A DNA stretch of 64,000 nt from Antedon mediterranea (Eukaryota; Animalia; Echinodermata), in the NCBI RefSeq assembly GCF_964355755.1, contig NC_092674.1:25544001-25608000 (forward strand), given 5' to 3'. Shown piece by piece: positions 37,101 to 50,572 of the stretch; the first letter of the stretch is position 1; every line of letters begins with the position of its first letter. A program made the position numbers and the translations under genes. The notes beneath the pieces are model-generated. The model was given only the letters and a program-made list of their open reading frames with translations, was not told the DNA's origin and did no database searches.

Positions 37101-40100
37101 TTAATAATACTAATATGAGAATTATAGGTATAGGTATTATCACACCTACAAAAATAAAAAAAACACATTTTAGAAAAAGCAATTTTTTTATTTCATACAC
37201 ATCAAATGGTGAGTAACTCGCAAATTACAGGATGTTTAAACTATTTTTTTTTAAATTTATCATTGTATCTAAGTCTCATTTGAGGCTTAGGGAATGGAGT
37301 TGAAAGAGTCGTGAGTTACAACCCTGGCACTACTAGGCGAGGATTGAACCCTTGACCTTGGGATTGGAAGGCAAGCATGTTAACCACCAAGCTACAGCTC
37401 CACTACTTTATAAAATTGATAATAATCGTTACAGATTAGTCAAGAGGTTAGGTGAAAGGTATCACATTTTCTGTAATACTTACTTAATTTTGAACCAGAT
37501 GAATCTTGAAATTCTGTAATGTACAAAAAAAGAAACTTCTAATATATAATTAATATGAATGTATCAATTATCATCAAATATAATGCAAAAAAAATTGCTA
37601 ATATATAATGTGAAGTTCTTGGAACGAATATTATTATGCTTAATAATAATAATATAAAAAGGTATTCATTCATTTATTTATTTACACAAAGCAAAATTCA
37701 AAATATGTTGACAAATATGAATCAAATTAATAGTTAATGCCTTGTATCTGGAGAAACTCAAATAAGCTCAGAGAGCTTTAAGACAGGTTCCACCAGGAAA
37801 GAAGTTGTTATAAAAAATTTGAATCAATGTTCATTGACAGAGACAAACAGGGGTTACAGACGGTACATACACTACACAAGAGACCAAGTATGGACGAAGA
37901 CAAGACAAACAAACAAATAAATAACTAGGTATGAATTATCATTCAAAATACAATACAAAATTTGTTTACCTTGAACGGTAATCTTTGCACTACACGTATT
38001 CATATTTAGTGAACTATCATGTACACTACAGGTTAAGGCATGCGTTCCAACTTTAAGACGAGACCCTGGTTGCACAGTGCAATTTGGTACCAAACGCTCC
38101 CCTGAATTATCTGAGCAATCAGGTAACTTAAACGTCACATTTGCATATTTGCTTCCAGCATCAGTTGTGAAATTCTGATCTTTACATTCAAGTTCTGGCT
38201 TTTCATTGTCTAGTAAATAAAAAGAAACCGTATTTATTCAAATAAACGCCCCTCGTAGAACAAGAACTAAAATTGTTAACTCAAATTTGGCAAGAGAAAA
38301 TACAAAATCATAGGACATAAGTTATGGCTTTCGATGGATACTCCGCTTGCACAGAATTGTTATATGGAAAGTTAAAAGACAAATTTGGAGACCAAAAACT
38401 ATTGTACCTTGATAGGCAACATAAACAAAGAACTCAAAAAAAGCAATACATCAAACTAAAAATTAATGACTATCGGACAGATAAGGATTTGAAGGGGAAA
38501 AAAACAAGAGCACTGCTGGTACTGTGGTTCACATGTAGCAAACAGACTCACCCTAAGATAATACCCCTTTCACACCAAAAGCAAAACTCCGGAGACACTC
38601 CGGAGACACCCCGGAGTTGACGTCCCGCTGTTTGGTGTGAAAGGTAAAATCAAGCAACTCCGGAGTTTAAAACTGCGGGGTTGAACAGCTGAACTGCGGG
38701 GACACCCCGGTGTTTTGGTGTGAAAGGTACCAACATCAAACTCCGGAGTGTTTCGGGTCAAAAGGTCATCCTCACACGATCACTCATTGCTTTAGTTTTA
38801 TTTCAAAATACTTTAAATATTTGTACAAAATATAGAGCGGGTTTAAAAAATAATTAGTAGTATCAATAAAACATTATATTACTTCTGAGACTTTTGAAAG
38901 TAATTATTAAATTAAAAATATTGTTAATTAAAATTATTCTAATGATCGTCGCTATGTAAACAAACAAAATAGAGGGCGACATTTACAATTTTATTTTATA
39001 AACCCCGGTGTTGCTAGGTTGGTGTGAAAGGGGTATCTCCGGAGTTTCTCGACGTTTTGAATGGTCATAAACCCCGGGGTGTCTCCGGAGACACTCCGGA
39101 GTTTTGGTGTGAAAGGGGTATAACATTGCTTTGTATGAAATTATTGCCTTACATTTGTATTTTATTCGTTCACATCCAACAGTGAATACACCAATTACAG
39201 GATGAAAATATAGATATAAATATAACATTTAAACATAACAAAAAGAAAAGCCTAAAAGTTGATCTAATCTATAGATTTGCTGACAGTGTTAACAAATTCA
39301 TAAGAAACACTGGATGTGTGGGAGAAGAGGGTGGGGTGGGTTAATACAATTTAACACAATCTTACCTTCAACGGTTATCACACCAAAGCATTCATTGCTA
39401 TTCAAAGAGTTATCACTAACATTACAACGAATCACATGCTGACCAATTGATAAGTTCTCAGTCATATTGCATGTTGGTTGTAGTAGTTTCATAGAATTAT
39501 CCCACGCTGTTGTTTCAAATGTTGAACTGTTGCTGTAATTTTTACCAGTAATTGTTGTAACAGTTTTGTTGTGACATATAAGTTGTGGTCTCTCATTATC
39601 TGTTGAATTAAATAAAGGTAGCAATAGTAGTGGAGCTGTGGCTTGGTGGTTAAATGTGATTGCTTTCCAATCCCAAGGTCCGGGGTTCAATTTTGACCTA
39701 GTGCCAGGGTTCCAACCCTGACCTAGTGCCAGGGTTCAATCCTGACCTAGTGCCAATGGTTCAATCCTGACCTAGTGCCAGGGTTGTAACTCACAACTTT
39801 TTACAATTCCAGTCTCTAAGACTCAAATTAGACTTAATTTATAAGCACGATAAATTATAAAAATAGTTTATCCATCCTGTAATTGGCGAGTTTGTTCTCG
39901 CTGGATGCGTATGAAATAATAATTTTTTTAAATAAAATAAATAAATGACAATCCACTGTATTTTGTGCTTATGCCAACTTAAAATCAAAACATAAACAAC
40001 TACAAAATTGTTTAAAGTTTCGTAAAATCAGACATAATATTTCTCTAAAATGTGTACGTCCCAAGTTCCCCAAAATTGGTTGAATTCTGCGATTTTTTGC

Positions 40101-43100
40101 TTAATAAATTTACAACCATGTACAACATAACGACTGGGAAAAACATCACAGATGTGTGATTGAAATGGTTGCTATAAATATAGGAAACAGAAATATATAA
40201 TATAAATTTAAACTTAAAAAATGTTTAAAATTACAAATGACCATGTTAAATAAAACTCATAATAATGAAAAAAAACTATTTTTCGCCGAATCAACTTGAT
40301 TAAAAATTATTAAAATAACAATCATATTACCTTCAACTAAAACCTGGCTATAACAGTAGTTAATATTAAATGAATTATCAACTGCAGTACAAGTGACATT
40401 GTGCTGCCCAATTAATAGAAGAACTCTGTGCGGAATACTGCAGTTTACTTCCGGTAACATTCCGGAATTATCTTCAACATGTATAGAATCATAATATGTC
40501 ACATTGCTACAATTCTTTCCTATTGTTGTGTTCAATTTCAATATTTGGCATTGAATTTGAGGTTTCTCTTTATCTGTAATAATAAATTAATATTTTACTA
40601 AAATCACAAGATTCCAACTTTAATGTGTGTTATGCTTTTATGTTGATAGTCACAAAATAATAAAGATTGTCGCACAAGTAGTTGGTTTTGTTTCCGCTTT
40701 ATTCCACCGTTTTCGTGGAACAAAAGTACAATTTATTTATTAAAAAAAAAACATATTTAATTTTTTATACAGGATAAAAAATATATGAAGTATAGATATT
40801 GTACGTGTTTTACATATGGTCCTATAGTAGGTAAACTTACCAATAACTGTGACAGTAAAATTACAATGAAGCCTATTACTTTTGATCGAATCCTGGGCAG
40901 TGCACTCAACAGTATTGCTTCCAAGCTCTAGTATTGAACCTGGAGGGTACGTACAAACTAGATCCTTTATATCCCCTTCATGGGTAGTGTTTAACTTAAA
41001 GTCAACCAGTGTAACTGTAAAATTCTTCCCCTTATCACAGTTGAAAATAAATTGACTGCTAATTGGACAGTTGAGGATGGCCGGATCAGCATTTTCTGCA
41101 AGTAAACCAAGCATGAATTGTTGTCAAAAACTTTATGGATTCATTCCATAAAAAGTGGCAGGGATCGGGAAAGTTTCCTTAGCTGAGTGATTAAGGGTTA
41201 ATTTTCAATATTTCAGGGTAAAAATATGAGTTTAATTAGAAAAAAGTTTAAAGCAAACTTTATTTGGTATACAAAAATGGAGAGGCTTGTTCAAAGTGTT
41301 CCCAATAGACGCAAATCGCCCTCGCTCACTATAAATAATATGAATATAAATCGGTTTTAATTTGATATCATTTATATTAAGATGTTATGACATGATATCC
41401 AAGTGATAGTTAACCATAATAAAGTTAATGTTATGATGTCCTCTAATATCTTATTGATGACGATGATGATGAGTAGATGATTAAGTTGATATCAACTTGA
41501 TGGTTTATTATTGATTACCTTTAAGCCTATCTGGCCCATAATACTCTGCCTCTGACCGGATACCAGTATCACTCATGCACACATTTGGTTCGATTTGACA
41601 GTCTGCAGTCCTATACAGGTAATATAGATCCCACGTTTTACATGGAACACAGCATTTAAAACCAGAACTTACTTCTGATTTATATAATCTGCAAAAAAAG
41701 ATACAACTATAAACATTAATCCAAATTCTTCTAAATGTTTAGAGGCGAGTGTTGAGGTGAAAGGGGTTAATCGCAGTATGAAAATAATCCTATATTTCTA
41801 GCTTAGTAATAATGAATCAGTTTATAGGTTTTGAAATGGATTTATAATTTCTGGGTAGTTTTTAAGAAGTAAATTTTTAGAATTTAAAGGTACAGTAGTT
41901 TGAAAATGTTTAATAGTTAAAATAAAATTTGTCAAGTGAAAGGTAATTCTAAACTATAAGGATTACATTACATTTTAGTGTAAAATAGCATCTAGAATCT
42001 CAAGATAATACTGTAGTTTGAAAGGGTTACATACTGCCATTTGTAATGTGAAAGAGATGTTAGAATTGTGACTGTACTGTAATTTGTCATTTGTAGTGAA
42101 AATGGTATTTTAGAAAGAGTTTATATCATATTTGCAGTGTGAAAGGGTTAGTTACTACTTAATTAGTTAGTTATTCATTAATTACTGTGTCTGTGTTTGG
42201 TCAAAGTGTAATGCAAACTCTCTCCAAATACTGCTAAACAGACTTGAAAGAATTCAGGTGTCTAAAAGATCATGATCCATGTTTAATGTTACTTAATTTG
42301 AATGATTGCTTGTACTCATATATTGTACACGTAGTCAGAGTAATAATACACTTATTGAACCATAATGGAAAAATACACAAGTTAAACCACTTTTGTAAAT
42401 CGATCAACCAAATTATGGAACAAACTTTCAAATGACACAAAAACAAACTATAAATTTATGTCACTTTCAACTTTTAAAAAATCAATCTAAAATATTACTG
42501 ATTAAAGTATTAAATTAAGTATTTTTTACCGTGAATTCCCTCCATTATTTATATATACTACATGTTTTGTAGATAGTTACCTTAAATGTATGTGTACTAA
42601 TGTAAACTTTTGAATTAGTTTTATTATATTGTTAATGTTCTGTACTGAACAACTTTGGAAATCAATCAATGCTTTAGCACTGAAAGTGTCAGTAAAAAGA
42701 CAGAATAAATAATTAAATATTACTTATTACAGTAAGGTATTACAGTATTATTACAGTAGTATTACAGTATTATTACAGTAGTATTACATTAGTATTATAG
42801 TATTATTACATTAGTATTATAGTATTATTACATTAGTATTATAGTATTATTACATTAGTATTATAGTATTATTACATTAGTATTATAGTATTATTACATT
42901 AGTATTATAGTATTATTACATTAGTATTATAGTATTATTACATTAGTATTATAGTATTATTACATTAGTATTATAGTATTATTACATTAGTATTATAGTA
43001 TTATTACATTAGTATTATAGTATTATTCCATTAGTATTATAGTATTATTCCATTAGTATTATAGTATTATTACATTAGTATTATAGTATTATTACATTAG

Positions 43101-46100
43101 TATTACAGTATTATTACATTAGTATTACAGTATTATTACATTAGTATTACAGTATTATTACATTAGTATTACAGTATTATTACATTAGTATTACAGTATT
43201 ATTACATTAGTATTACAGTATTATTACATTAGTATTACAGTATTATTACAGTATTATTACAGTATTATTACAGTATTACTACATTAGTATTACAGTATTA
43301 TTACAGTATTATTACAGATTACAGTAGTATTACAGATTACAGTAGTATTACAGTATTATTATTACATTAGTATTACAGTATTATTATTACATTAGTATTA
43401 CAGTATTATTATTACATTAGTATTACAGTATTATTATTACATTAGTATTACAGTATTATTACAGTAGTATTACAGTATTATTACAGTAGTATTACAGTAT
43501 TATTACAGTAGTATTACAGTATTATTACAGTAGTATTACAGTATTATTACAGTAGTATTACAGTATTATTACAGTAGTATTACAGTATTATTACAGTAGT
43601 ATTACAGTATTATTACAGTAGTATTACAGTATTATTACAGTAGTATTACAGTATTATTACAGTAGTATTACAGTATTATTACAGTAGTATTACAGTATTA
43701 TTACAGTAGTATTATAGTATTATTACAGTAGTATTATAGTATTATTACAGTAGTATTATAGTATTATTACAGTAGTATTATAGTATTATTACAGTAGTAT
43801 TATAGTATTATTACAGTAGTATTATAGTATTATTACAGTAGTATTATAGTATTATTACAGTAGTATTATAGTATTATTACAGTAGTATTTTAGTATTATT
43901 ACAGTAGTATTTTAGTATTATTACAGTAGTATTTTAGTATTATTACAGTAGTATTTTAGTATTATTACAGTAGTATTTTAGTATTATTACAGTAGTATTA
44001 TAGTATTATTACAGTAGTATTATAACAGTAGTATTATAGTATTATTACAGTAGTATTATTACAGTAGTATTATAGTATTATTACAGTAGTATTATAGTAG
44101 TATTACAGTATTATTACAGTAGTATTACAGTATTAATACAGTAGTATTACAGTATTATTACAGTAGTATTATAGTATTATTACAGTAGTATTATAGTATT
44201 ATTACATTAGTATTATAGTATTATTACAGTAGTATTATAGTATTAATACAGTAGTATTATAGTATTATTACAGTAGTATTATAGTATTATTACAGTAGTA
44301 TTATAGTATTATTACAGTAGTATTATAGTATTATTACAGTAGTATTATAGTATTAATACAGTAGTATTATAGTATTAATACAGTAGTATTATAGTATTAA
44401 TACATTAGTATTATAGTATTAATACATTAGTATTATAGTATTATTACAGTAGTATTATAGTATTATTACAGTAGTATTATAGTATTATTACAGTAGTATT
44501 ATAGTATTAATACAGTAGTATTATAGTATTATTACAGTAGTATTATAGTATTAATACAGTAGTATTATAGTATTATTACAGTAGTATTATAGTATTAATA
44601 CAGTAGTATTATAGTATTATTACAGTAGTATTATAGTATTATTACAGTAGTATTATTACAGTAGTATTATAGTATTATTACAGTAGTATTACAGTATTAT
44701 TACATTAGTATTACAGTATTATTACATTAGTATTACAGTATTATTACAGTAGTATTATAGTATTATTACAGTAGTATTATAGTATTATTACAGTATTATT
44801 ACATTAGTATTATAGTATTATTACATTAGTATTATAGTATTATTACAGTAGTATTATTACATTAGTATTATTACAGTAGTATTATTACATTAGTATTATA
44901 GTATTATTACATTAGTATTATAGTATTATTACAGTAGTATTATAGTATTATTACAGTAGTATTATAGTATTATTACATTAGTATTATAGTATTATTACAT
45001 TAGTATTATAGTATTATTACATTAGTATTATAGTATTATTACATTAGTATTATAGTATTATTACATTAGTATTATAGTATTATTACATTAGTATTATAGT
45101 ATTATTACATTAGTATTATAGTATTATTACATTAGTATTATAGTATTATTACATTAGTATTATAGTATTATTACAGTAGTATTATAGTATTATTACAGTA
45201 GTATTATAGTATTATTACAGTAGTATTATAGTATTATTACAGTAGTATTATAGTATTATTACAGTAGTATTATAGTATTATTACAGTAGTATTATAGTAT
45301 TATTACAGTAGTATTATAGTATTATTACAGTAGTATTATAGTATTATTACAGTAGTATTATAGTATTATTACAGTAGTATTATAGTATTATTACAGTAGT
45401 ATTACAGTATTATTACAGTAGTATTACAGTATTATTACAGTAGTATTACAGTATTAATACAGTAGTATTATAGTATTAATACAGTAGTATTATAGTATTA
45501 ATACAGTAGTATTATAGTATTAATACAGTAGTATTACAGTATTATTATTACATTAGTATTACAGTATTAATACAGTAGTATTATAGTATTATTACAGTAG
45601 TATTATAGTATTATTACAGTAGTATTATAGTATTATTACAGTAGTATTATAGTATTAATACAGTAGTATTATAGTATTAATACAGTAGTATTATAGTATT
45701 ATTACATTAGTATTATAGTATTAATACAGTAGTATTATAGTATTAATACAGTAGTATTATAGTATTAATACAGTAGTATTATAGTATTAATACAGTAGTA
45801 TTATAGTATTAATACAGTAGTATTATAGTATTAATACAGTAGTATTATAGTATTATTACAGTAGTATTATAGTATTAATACAGTAGTATTATAGTATTAT
45901 TACAGTAGTATTATAGTATTATTACAGTAGTATTATTACAGTAGTATTATAGTATTATTACAGTAGTATTACATTAGTATTACAGTATTATTACATTAGT
46001 ATTACAGTATTATTACATTAGTATTATAGTATTATTACAGTAGTATTATAGTATTATTATAGTAGTATTATAGTATTATTACAGTATTATTACATTAGTA

Positions 46101-46922
46101 TTATAGTATTATTACATTAGTATTATAGTATTATTACAGTAGTATTATTACATTAGTATTATAGTATTATTACATTAGTATTACAGTATTATTATAGTAT
46201 TATGACATTAGTATTATAGTATTATTACAGTAGTATTATAGTATTATTACATTAGTATTATAGTATTATTACATTAGTATTATAGTATTATTACATTAGT
46301 ATTATAGTATTATTAAAGTAGTATTATAGTATTATGACATTAGTATTATAGTATTATTACAGTAGTATTATAGTATTATTACATTAGTATTATAGTATTA
46401 TTACATTAGTATTATAGTATTATTACATTAGTATTATAGTATTATTACATTAGTATTATAGTATTATTACAGTATTATTACAGTATTATTACAGTAGTAT
46501 TACAGTAGTATTATAGTATTATTACAGTATTATTACAGTATTATTACAGTAGTATTACAGTATTATTACAGTAGTATTACAGTATTATTACAGTAGTATT
46601 AAAAGGTGTAAAATGCCATTTGTTAAGTAAGTGTGAAACAGCTTTAATTTACTTACCCATATTGACAGTCTTGTGCTACAAGTACAACCTTTGAAAAAAA
46701 ATTGAAGTAAATAAAAAATATAAAAGTAAAATTATTGATGTTTTAATCTGTTTTATACATTACAGACTTCCTAAGTATTAGTAGCTTATAAGGTCACAGT
46801 CAGTCATATTATTCAGTCATGCTTCATTGTATGTCTATTGTTTACGTATACCAATATTATTCACTTACAGGAAATAGGATGACCACAAAAACAAATCTAA
46901 TGTATTGCCCATCTCCTGCCAT
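34153..46922 (-). CDS. Extracellular protein: signal peptide, Cys-rich segment, 4 HYR domains, 3 FN3-like domains; C-terminal exon uncertain
   Basis: Frame-consistent exons 46922-46869 (MAGDGQYIRFVFVVILFP), 46688-46657 (VVLVAQDCQYG), 41688-41519 (..FKCCVPCKTWD..), HYR-like phase-1 exons 41095-40841, 40573-40331, 39599-39366, 38209-37970 (e.g. DNEKPELEC..DNSG..C..HDSSLNMNTC..ITV), micro-exon 37513-37484, FN3-like exons 36471-36193 (LLADTTYKF), 35229-34894 (GLKPGHKYNV), 34389-34153 (NLQPGSIYMF). Confidence 0.82.
36572..36862. repeat. 22 bp G-rich minisatellite
   Basis: Unit GGCRTGGTTATTGGGRTGGGAG, about 13 copies. Confidence 0.95.
37195..37405 (-). mobile_element. SINE family 2
   Basis: Minus strand GTAGTGGAGCTGTAGCTTGGTGGTTAA...CAAGGGTTCAATCC, homologous to 39627-39922. 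Confidence 0.78.
38562..39120. mobile_element. 559 bp PIF/Harbinger-type non-autonomous element
   Basis: TAA|TACCCCTTTCACACCAAAA ... TTTTGGTGTGAAAGGGGTA|TAA; internal GGTGTGAAAGG and CTCCGGAG repeats. Confidence 0.9.
39627..39922 (+). mobile_element. tRNA-derived SINE family 2 with internal tandem of the B-box region
   Basis: A-box GTGGCTTGGTGG, B-box GGTTCAAT; (CCTGACCTAGTGCCAGGGTTCAAT) about 4 times; AAT tail. Confidence 0.8.
42735..46600. repeat. 3.9 kb simple satellite, 11 bp monomer arranged as 22 bp dimers
   Basis: CA(G/T)TAGTATTA + (T/C)AGTATTATTA repeated several hundred times in intron 2 of the HYR gene. Confidence 0.98.
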
Positions 46923-47222
46923 GTCCTATAGCAAAACAAAAAAAAATTAAATATTTAGGAATATGATTATTATATATATTATATCTATAATTTATAAAAT
47001 AAACCAGACCTGTCCGTGTGCCTATTTTAGCCTAAAGTAAAGCATGTTTTCCAGTAGGTGAATTTGTTAGCGGCAATAAAAAGTGTATACTGCTGTACAC
47101 GTTTCCATCTTCCAAATCCCTCTCTGCAACAAATTCTAGGCTAGTACCTTCAAGAGTTTTTCACAATTTCACACCAAAATCAGTCATACTACAGAGAGAG
47201 CTCAGAGGAGCACTCGTGTTTT

Positions 47223-49165
47223 GGGGCTGTCACACCAAAATCAGTCCGGGCCAAAATCAGTCCGGCGGACCAGTTTTGGCTGCCAAAATCAGTCCGGGGG
47301 ACCATTTATGGCTGCCAAAACCTGTCCGGCCGGACCAATTTTGGCCGCCAAAACTGGTCCGGTCTGGATAAAATCGGTCCAGGCAGTAGGACTGTTTTTG
47401 GCCGCCAAATATGGTCCGGTCTTACAAATATATGGTGCGCAAAATGATTCATAATGCATATATCATTAAAAAAAGGCCATGATTAGTCATTATATTGAAA
47501 ACTATGGAGTTTTATTTGTTATTTTAATATAATTAATAAATTAAGCCTGTTTTTTTTATTATCATTATTAGTAGTAACTCATCAATAATAAGTACTAATT
47601 GTTAGGCTTTTTGTATACAATATGTATCTCTGCCTTATTTATGGTTAATCAATCAATATATTAATTCAATACAATTATTATAAAACAATTATCCAATATT
47701 GATTAGGCTGAGGAAGGAAAAAGGCCTCAATCGTAAATAAAATCTAGCTGGCAATATCAGCGTCTCATACCCGTTCATGTGAGTGCAGGCCCAAATATGA
47801 GTGAACACCTAAGTCATGTTTTTAGATAAAATACATTTATTTATAGGGTGTCACGAAAGCTCAGACCACGAAAGCTCAGACCCCCTAAGACCTAAGATCA
47901 CGAAAGCTAAGACCCAACACCTAAGATTACAAATATTTATCTTTCGCACCTGCCTTGTATTTTAACTCCCAACATTTATTCTGAATACCACACCTTATAG
48001 AATTGGCACTTTCATGAAAAAGAATCACATAAAAAAAAACAAATACATTTTTAAATTGATGATTTTACAGACGTTTTTCTCGCACACAAAATGACTAGCC
48101 TACAGTACAGTAGGCCTACCCCATGGGCCATGTTCAATGTTTTTGTTTCTATGGAACGTCAAAAGAGCAAAAATTATATAGAGGGCTGAAAACTCTGTGG
48201 AGTCCATCTACAGTGTGGATGGAACAATGTAAAATTAAAATTGTAATAATAATAGTATAATCATGCAAGTACGAAGAAATAAATACTGGCAAATAAATAG
48301 ATAAGTTTTTTTGTTTCGTTTTCTTTCTGTTTTTATACTTGTACTATTATTGTTGCTCTTTTGGCGCTCCATAGAAACAAAAACATTGAGCATGGGGGAG
48401 CTCGAGGAGTTACATTGTCATTACAGTAATCAGTATACAGTACAAAGAAACACATCTGTAAAATCATCAATTTAAAGGATTTATTTATTTGTTATTATGT
48501 GTTTCTCCTTCTGAAAGTACTTATAAGTCCTAATTTTAAAGTGTGGTGTTCAGGATAAAGTTAGTCAACAAATTTGGAGTCAAAATACAAGAAAGGCAGG
48601 TGCGTAAGAAAAACATCCTCTGAACCAACACAATGGAGTAAATATATACCAACAAACAACCCGTCAAGTTTGTTTGTTGTAAAGAAAAAATATACATTTA
48701 CTCAACGGGCGAAAATAATGTGAGTTTATCTATGTTTTGCGGTAGTATTAAATTATATTTATGGTAATAAATGAAACCTACTGTGTTTAAAATTATGTAT
48801 GGATAAACAAGTATTGTTTTTAAGCTGTAGTATATCTTAGTATTTGTAATCTTAGGTGTTGGGTCTTAGCTTTCGTGATCTTAGGTCTTAGGGGGTCTGA
48901 GCTTTCGTGGTCTGAGGTTTCGTGACACCCTTTATTTATAGTATTTATCCGACAAGATAACTTACTAATATATATCATGGGATATTTTTCTAGCCATAAA
49001 CAACTTAAAACAGCATCATAGGCTTATTAATTCAATTAAAATCGACAGAAGAAAAGCCCGGACCGATTTTGGCAGTGGCGGACTGCTTTTGGCCACAATT
49101 TTAGAGCCAAAACTGGTCCAGCCTGACCGATTTTGGCCCCGGACCATATTTATCGTGACAGGGCC
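47223..49165. mobile_element. TIR element with subterminal CCAAAATCAGTCC repeats (outer element)
   Basis: Left GGGCTGTCACACCAAAATCAGTCCGGGCCAAAATCAGTC; right reverse complement GGCCCTGTCACGATAAATATGGTCCGGGGCCAAAATCGGTC. No clear TSD. Confidence 0.75.
47846..48930. mobile_element. 1085 bp MULE-like non-autonomous element nested in the previous one
   Basis: About 90 bp near-perfect TIR GGGTGTCACGAAAGCTCAGACCACG..; 10 bp TSD TTTATTTATA at 47836-45 and 48931-40. Confidence 0.92.
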
Positions 49166-49580
49166 AGCTAGGCCTAGTTTATAATAATATGGCCTACCTT
49201 ACTAGCAATATTATACTAGGCCTACTAGGCCTAGTACGTAGTAGCCTAGTAGAGTAGACCTAGCCTAACTACTGTAAGTAATAGGCCCTAAGGCCTAGCC
49301 TAGTAGGCTATAAATAATATATAGCCTAGGCCTAGGCTAGGCGTAGACTAGTAGGCCTAGCCTAGGTTACCTATCTAGGTTAAGTATTAATGTAGGCTAT
49401 AATCTATATTAAATAATAGAAATAGATAATCATAATAATAATAATCATATCAATAAATATAAATACATTCTTCTACAGACTACTGTAAGGTAACTCTTCT
49501 TATTATCAGGAGGATAAATGATTACCTTTATTACATTTGTACTAACTATAAAACAAAACTAGGCTAGGCCTAGGAATACA

Positions 49581-50572
49581 GATCACTCCGGCCGCGCTTC
49601 ACTCCGGCCGCGCTTCAATCCGGCCGCGATTCATTCCGGCCGCAGCTATGGAGCGCCCAATGAGTCTTTTAGAACCGAGACACGTTTTTTGTAGAGAATC
49701 AAAATAAACATTTGTAATCATACAGTATATTTTTTCTCTTTCAGGATCACAACAACATCGCAAGTGTTTTAAATTAGGTCTAATGCTAGAACAAAATAAT
49801 TTATGTGTTTTATCCAATGTAATAGGCTAGTATATTAATTGTAATGTGATTAATTAATGTAATTTATTGCAATGTACCCTATACTATATGTCATATTATT
49901 TTTATCATATATAAATTAAAATATAAAATCATTGTAAATTGGACTGTAGAAAAATGATATATTAATTCTTGATACAATTCCAGGTAACATTAATTAGACG
50001 GATATTTGATTATTTGAAATAAATTAATTAATATTGTAAATATTGTTATTAACTATAACAAACAACAATAATAATTGATTATTTGAAATAAATTAATTTA
50101 TATTTTACATATTGTTATTAACTATAATTAGTAAGTATGGGTACTGGCAAGATAAAGTGTTATAAAAATAAGGGTTTTAACTAATTTTTAATGTTAATAA
50201 ATGTAAAGCTATAAAAATAAATGTACATAGAAAGAAATTAAATATTGTTATTCAAGCATTAATTAGACGGGTATTTGATTATTATTTTTTTATTGAATTT
50301 AATTAAGTTAAGTTTAGTTTGAAAGAAAAAGCAGTTCCAACTTCTTTGAATGTTATTGTTAATGAAAAAAGTAAAATTGTTGCTAATATATAGTTCCATT
50401 TAAATTCACCAAGAATTTGTTATAACACTGAACAGTATAGAAAACGTAGATATGGGCGCTCCATACTAACGGCCCCTTTGCACAGCAGGAAGTCGAATTG
50501 AATAGCGGCCGGAGGCACCGGAGTGCATAACATCGCGCTAAACTGATACGGCGGCCGGAGTGAAGCGTGATC
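49581..50572. mobile_element. ~1 kb TIR element with GC-rich ends and AT-rich core
   Basis: Left GATCAC..GCTTCACTCCGGCCGC..TATGGAGCGCCCA; right TGGGCGCTCCATA..GCGGCCGGAGTGAAGCGTGATC. Confidence 0.72.

Noticed and set aside
42185-42428. Possible extra exon of the HYR gene
   Set aside because: Stops in all three minus frames, and the neighbouring exons join in frame without it.
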